Sequence record: SRR31156797_212
Reading direction: 5' to 3' (one strand)
DNA length: 20,000 nt
Part shown: piece by piece, positions 15,692-20,000 of the stretch
How positions within the stretch are numbered: the first letter of the stretch is position 1
Layout of the letters: each line of letters opens with the position of its first letter
Program-made: the position numbers and the translations under genes
Notes under the pieces: generated by a model
The model's database searches: none
What the model was told of the DNA's origin: nothing
The model's input: the letters and a program-made list of their open reading frames with translations, nothing else

Positions 15692-18598
15692 ATGACTAAG
15701 CATTCTGCAAAAGACACGGCTTCTCTTTTGAATGAAATTAAGAATTTGAAATCTGAGATTTCCGAATTAAAGAAATCAAAGAATCAATATAATATTGAAG
15801 GCTTTAGTTATATTTTTAAAACTGCAAAATTGGTAAGCCTTGAATGGCTGTTTAAACCCAATAAATTAATTTGGTCAGATAATGCAGAAGAAATTCTTGG
15901 TTTCGAACCTGATTCATTTAGCAATACGAAAGAAAAATTCATTCAAAAAATTCATCCCGAAGACACCTCTCATTTTATAAAAAAATTAGAAGAAAGTTTG
16001 CACAATTGTTCACGCAATTGTCAATCTGAATTTAGAATGATACTCGATAATGGAGAGATTATTTGGATCAATGCAACTAGTCAAATAACCTATGATAAGA
16101 ATAGTAATCCTGATCGGCTATTAGCGATACTATTAAACATTAGCACTCATAAAAAAACAGAGGAAAAATTACGCGAAAGAACTGAGAGATATGAACTAAT
16201 TACAAAGGGTGCTTCAGACGGTATTTGGGATTGGAATATTCAAAATAAAAAAATTTATTTCTCCCCACGATGGAAAGCACTTAGAGGGTATGCTGAACAT
16301 GAAATTTCAGACGATGAAAAAGAATGGAGCAATGGAATTCATCCAGATGATATAAAAAGAGTATTTGCTGCGTTACAAGATCATTTCGATGGGAAAACAG
16401 ATATTTTTGAAGAAGATTATAGAGTTCTATGTAAAAATGGAACTTACAAATGGATTACCGATAGAGGCGTTTTACAAAGGGATACAAAGGGTAATATTAC
16501 AAGAATGGCAGGATCTGAAACTGACATTACTAAAAAAAAGAAATTCGAAAAAGAACATGTATTAAATCAATTACGTTACCACTCCATGTTTAATGATTCT
16601 CCTGTTCCTTTATGGGAAGAAGATTTTGGTGAATTATTCGAATATCTTACATCGCTAAAAGAAAAGGGAGTTAAAGATTTTAGAAATTATTTTGACAGCA
16701 ACCCAAACTCTCTCCTTCTTTGCTCTCAAAAGGTTAAGGTAACAGATGTAAACAAGGCAACTCTCGAACTTCATAAAGCGAAAAGTAAAGAGGAACTTCT
16801 TGGTAATTTAGATAAAATTTTTACAGCAAAATCTTTCGAAGTATTTAAAGAAGAAGTTATTGCCATTGCCAATGGTGAATCTGAATTTGAAACTGAAGGT
16901 GAAATAAAAACACTAGATGGCAAACCACGAATAATACTTCTCAAATTATTTATCAATAAAACACTTAACAATACAACAAAGGCTATTCTGGCAACAATAG
17001 ATATAACTGAAAAAAAATTAGCTGAAGAAGCCTTAATTGAAAGCGAAAATAAATTTAGACTATCCTTTGAAGCTTCGGCTGTAGGAATGGTTATTGTTGA
17101 TAAAAATAAAAAATTTATCACTGTTAATACGACCTTTAGCAAAATGATTGAATCAGAAGAAAACGAACTTTTGCAAAAGTCATTTATGGATATCACACAT
17201 CCCGATGATATCGAAATAAGCAGAAGGCAGTTTCAAAAAGGTATTGATTCAAGAACTCCATTTACTCTCGAAAAAAGATATATCACCACTAAAGGGAATA
17301 CACGTTGGGGATTAACAACGGTGAGTCCAATTTTTGATAATAAAAATCAACTACTATATGTAATTGCTCATATCCAAGACATTACAGAAAATAAAGAATT
17401 TGAACAGAAATTAATAGAAAGTAAAAATAATTATGAAGCACTAGCTGAAGAATATAAAAATCAGAATGAAGAATTATTAGCTGCCATCGAAATTGCAGAA
17501 AAAAGTGACAAGTTAAAATCGGAGTTTTTACAAAATTTATCTCACGAAATAAGAACTCCAATGAATGCAATAATTGGATTTTCGGATTTTCTCGATTTAA
17601 ATTCAATCACACCGGATAAACGAAAACAATATATCAATATTATAAAAAGCAGTGGTAATCAACTGCTTAGAATTATAGATGATATTCTTGAGATATCTGC
17701 TCTAGAAACAAATCACGTTCAATTAATAAATGCTGAATTCAATCTAAACTCCTTACTCACAGAACTATTTACAATTTTTCAACCTCAAGCTAAAAAGCAG
17801 AATCTTGCCTTGTATTTACACAAAGGACTACATGATGATGATAGCATTATTGTATCCGATGAAAGTAAATTAAGAAAAATCACCTCTAATTTAATTGAGA
17901 ATTCACTAAAATTTACAAAAGAAGGATCCATTGAAATTGGATATCATACAAATGAAAAAAACATTGAATTGTATGTGAAAGACTCTGGCATAGGAATTTC
18001 AACCAATAGACATGATAAAATTTTTGAACGTTTTTCTCAAGCTGAAGGCGAAATTAGTAAGAAAACAGGAGGGCTTGGGCTCGGATTATCAATAGTAAGA
18101 GAAAATGTAAAATTACTAGGGGGAACAATTAAACTAAGCTCCAATCCCGGGGAAGGAAGTAAATTTTCCATTAACATTCCAGACTGCATTGTATCGACTA
18201 ATTCTTCTTATAGTTCCATTACCAATGAAAAAAAAGAATACAACATATTAATTGCTGAAGACGAAGAATTGAACTATTTCTATTTTGAATCGTTGATGGA
18301 AGAAATAGCTCCATACTGTAAGTTAATTCATGCAAAAAATGGTTTAGAAGCAATTGAATTGTGCAAAAACAATGAATTTGATTTGGTATTAATGGATATA
18401 AAAATGCCTGAAATGAATGGATACGAAGCTACTCTTGAAATTAAAAAACACAAACCCAACCTGAATGTTATTGCTCAAACGGCATACTCTACACCTGAAG
18501 ATAAAGCCAAAGCAAAATTAGCTGGCTGTGCAGATTTTCTTTCCAAACCTATCAGCATGTCGACAGTCCAAAATATTCTGAATAAATTTCTAGATTAA
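15692..18598 (+). CDS. Cytoplasmic multi-PAS hybrid sensor histidine kinase/response regulator
   Basis: Four PAS/PAC units (IHPED, IHPDD, PLWEEDF, THPDD), H-box FLQNLSHEIRTPMNAIIGF, N/G boxes (NLIENSLKFT, DSGIGI, GLGLGLSI) and a receiver domain (IAEDEE, LMDIKMP, KP). No transmembrane segment. ATG 15692 is preferred over TTG 15650. Confidence 0.95.
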   Translation: MTKHSAKDTASLLNEIKNLKSEISELKKSKNQYNIEGFSYIFKTAKLVSLEWLFKPNKLIWSDNAEEILGFEPDSFSNTKEKFIQKIHPEDTSHFIKKLEESLHNCSRNCQSEFRMILDNGEIIWINATSQITYDKNSNPDRLLAILLNISTHKKTEEKLRERTERYELITKGASDGIWDWNIQNKKIYFSPRWKALRGYAEHEISDDEKEWSNGIHPDDIKRVFAALQDHFDGKTDIFEEDYRVLCKNGTYKWITDRGVLQRDTKGNITRMAGSETDITKKKKFEKEHVLNQLRYHSMFNDSPVPLWEEDFGELFEYLTSLKEKGVKDFRNYFDSNPNSLLLCSQKVKVTDVNKATLELHKAKSKEELLGNLDKIFTAKSFEVFKEEVIAIANGESEFETEGEIKTLDGKPRIILLKLFINKTLNNTTKAILATIDITEKKLAEEALIESENKFRLSFEASAVGMVIVDKNKKFITVNTTFSKMIESEENELLQKSFMDITHPDDIEISRRQFQKGIDSRTPFTLEKRYITTKGNTRWGLTTVSPIFDNKNQLLYVIAHIQDITENKEFEQKLIESKNNYEALAEEYKNQNEELLAAIEIAEKSDKLKSEFLQNLSHEIRTPMNAIIGFSDFLDLNSITPDKRKQYINIIKSSGNQLLRIIDDILEISALETNHVQLINAEFNLNSLLTELFTIFQPQAKKQNLALYLHKGLHDDDSIIVSDESKLRKITSNLIENSLKFTKEGSIEIGYHTNEKNIELYVKDSGIGISTNRHDKIFERFSQAEGEISKKTGGLGLGLSIVRENVKLLGGTIKLSSNPGEGSKFSINIPDCIVSTNSSYSSITNEKKEYNILIAEDEELNYFYFESLMEEIAPYCKLIHAKNGLEAIELCKNNEFDLVLMDIKMPEMNGYEATLEIKKHKPNLNVIAQTAYSTPEDKAKAKLAGCADFLSKPISMSTVQNILNKFLD

Positions 18599-18603
18599 TT
18601 CAC

Positions 18604-18645
18604 AAAAAAAGGATAATCCACAAGCTTAATTAAAAGTTGTGGATT
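18604..18645. terminator. Hairpin between the convergent kinase and serine dehydratase genes
   Basis: Inverted repeat AATCCACAA (18615-18623) / TTGTGGATT (18637-18645); A7 at 18604-18610 gives a U-tract on the minus strand. Confidence 0.7.
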
Positions 18646-18652
18646 TCTATTT

Positions 18653-19858
18653 TTATCGATAAGTAAAACCTTTTAGAGAGGCTAATCCTCCTAATGATGT
18701 TTCTTTATAAGAATAAGACAAATCTAAACCAGTTTTCATCATAGTTTCAGTAACCTGATCGAAACTAATCCTATGTCTACCATCAGATAACAAAGCATAG
18801 GTATTGTGGTTTAACGCACGTGCTGCAGCAAAAACATTACGCTCTATACAAGGGATCTGAACCAAACCTAAAACCGGATCACAAGTTAAACCTAAATGAT
18901 GTTCCAAGCCCATTTCTGCTGAATATTCAATCTGATAAATTGTTCCTCCATGCAATTGAGTTGCTGCTCCTGATGCCATTGCACAAGCAACACCAACCTC
19001 TCCTTGGCAACCAACTTCTGCTCCAGAAATTGACGCATTAAATTTCACCAAATTTCCAATCAATCCAGCAGTAGCAAGAGCTTTTAATATGTCGTTCTTT
19101 TTAAACTTATAGAATTTTTTGTGATAGAATAAAATTGCAGGCAAAACTCCACAAGCACCGCATGTAGGAGCTGTTACAATAGTTCCTCCTCCTGCATTTT
19201 CCTCTGATACCGCAAGCGCATATGAATACAACATCGAACGCTTTCGCATAGGTCCGCTATAGGTTTTAGCTTTCAGGTGATACAAATGAGATTTTCGAGG
19301 TAATTTCAATCCTCCTGGCAATTCTCCTTCATTGTTCATTCCTCTTTTTATGGCGCTTTTCATCGCTTGCCAAATTTCTTCAAGAAAACTCCAAATCTCC
19401 TTCCCTTCTTTTAACTCTACATATTCCCAAAGTTGCTTATCATTGTTTTTACACCAATCCAGAATTGTATCCATGGTGGTTAAATCATACACTGCCTTAG
19501 ATACTGTCTCTGATTCATCATCTATAATAGCTCCTCCACCTACACTGTATGCAGTCCATTCCTCTAAAACTGAACCATCCGTATTAATGGCTTTAAATCT
19601 TACTGCATTAGGATGCTTTTCAAGAAATTCTTTCGGCTTCCAAACCAATTCCATTTCTTTTCCTGCAAAAACATTCTCTATAGCTACTCCCGTTAAGTGA
19701 CCTTTGCCTGTTGCTGCAAGGCTACCAAATAAAGTAACTTCATACTTGTTGGCATTTGGATGTTTAGCTAAAAATTGATCTGCAGCTTTTCTCGGTCCCA
19801 TTGTGTGGCTACTGGAAGGTCCCAGCCCAATGCGATACAGTTCTCTTATTGATTCCAT
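18653..19858 (-). CDS. sdaA: Fe-S L-serine dehydratase (single-chain L-serine ammonia-lyase)
   Basis: IGLGPSSSHTMGP, GSLAATGKGH, YSVGGG, VTAPTCGACG, ASISGAEVGCQGEVG, GLTCDP..VQIPCIERN (three cluster Cys), YKETSLGGLA. Confidence 0.96.
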   Translation of the reverse strand: MESIRELYRIGLGPSSSHTMGPRKAADQFLAKHPNANKYEVTLFGSLAATGKGHLTGVAIENVFAGKEMELVWKPKEFLEKHPNAVRFKAINTDGSVLEEWTAYSVGGGAIIDDESETVSKAVYDLTTMDTILDWCKNNDKQLWEYVELKEGKEIWSFLEEIWQAMKSAIKRGMNNEGELPGGLKLPRKSHLYHLKAKTYSGPMRKRSMLYSYALAVSEENAGGGTIVTAPTCGACGVLPAILFYHKKFYKFKKNDILKALATAGLIGNLVKFNASISGAEVGCQGEVGVACAMASGAATQLHGGTIYQIEYSAEMGLEHHLGLTCDPVLGLVQIPCIERNVFAAARALNHNTYALLSDGRHRISFDQVTETMMKTGLDLSYSYKETSLGGLASLKGFTYR

Positions 19859-19886
19859 TTTAGTTTGTTGTTTAGTTAAGTAGCCA

Positions 19887-19894
19887 CAAATTTA
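19887..19894 (-). promoter_or_regulatory. -7 box (TAAATTTG) for sdaA
   Basis: caaattta on the + strand, 28 bp upstream of the ATG. Confidence 0.65.
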
Positions 19895-19938
19895 AGAAAC
19901 TAGAGAGATTCAATCAGATATTTGGAAAGTAATTGCAT

Positions 19939-19972
19939 AAAAAAAGAGAATCTTAAAAAGATTCTCTTTTTT
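19939..19972 (-). terminator. Intrinsic terminator directly after the tRNA
   Basis: 14-bp inverted repeat AAAAAAGAGAATCT / AGATTCTCTTTTTT. Confidence 0.85.
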
Positions 19973-19973
19973 G

Positions 19974-20000
19974 TCGGGGTGGCAGGATTCGAACCTGCGA
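19974..20000 (-). tRNA. tRNA 3' end (partial), most likely tRNA-Pro; CCA not encoded
   Basis: Minus strand TC-GCAGG-TTCGAAT-CCTGC-CACCCCG-A gives a T-arm plus the acceptor 3' strand, with G72/A73 typical of tRNA-Pro. The anticodon lies outside the window. Confidence 0.88.

Noticed and set aside
10367-19700. Short ORFs at 10367, 11217, 11895, 13275, 14233, 14624, 15280, 16365, 16771, 17382, 18820 and 19332
   Set aside because: All overlap well-supported genes, antisense or out of frame, and lack protein-family features.
19974-20000. Integrative element at the tRNA-Pro 3' end
   Set aside because: The tRNA is followed directly by its terminator and sdaA; no integrase or duplicated att copy was seen in the window.
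1-20000. CRISPR array, IS element, prophage or anti-phage defence genes
   Set aside because: No regularly spaced DNA repeats and no transposase, integrase, nuclease or phage genes were recognised; the Ig repeats are similar only at the protein level.

Overview
AT-rich chromosomal segment from a Bacteroidota genome. The TAnnTTTG -7 promoter boxes, lack of Shine-Dalgarno sites and gene repertoire point to this phylum; a Marinifilaceae-like anaerobe is an inference. Bases 2-3715 (minus strand) hold the 5' part (over 1,200 aa) of a giant secreted IgGFc-binding/Ig-repeat protein that the ORF track missed because it runs off the window edge. Next come Xaa-Pro aminopeptidase, an Lrp/AsnC regulator, and a cobQ + AAA_28 ATPase pair that converges on a TetR-like/dus/cbiZ unit. 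A ~590-bp intergenic region carrying a candidate small RNA follows, then genes for a VOC protein, a TlpA-like thioredoxin, DUF4251, an unknown membrane protein with DoxX, an M28 peptidase lipoprotein, a 4-PAS hybrid histidine kinase and L-serine dehydratase. The window ends in the 3' end of tRNA-Pro. No CRISPR array, transposase or prophage gene was seen. The best leads are a free-standing candidate sRNA complementary to 'AUG AAA AAG' start regions, a cobQ-ATPase-cbiZ corrinoid salvage mini-locus, a TetR-family protein with a degenerate DNA-binding head, and a near-consensus CRP-type operator between doxX and the M28 gene. All calls were made by eye, without database searches.
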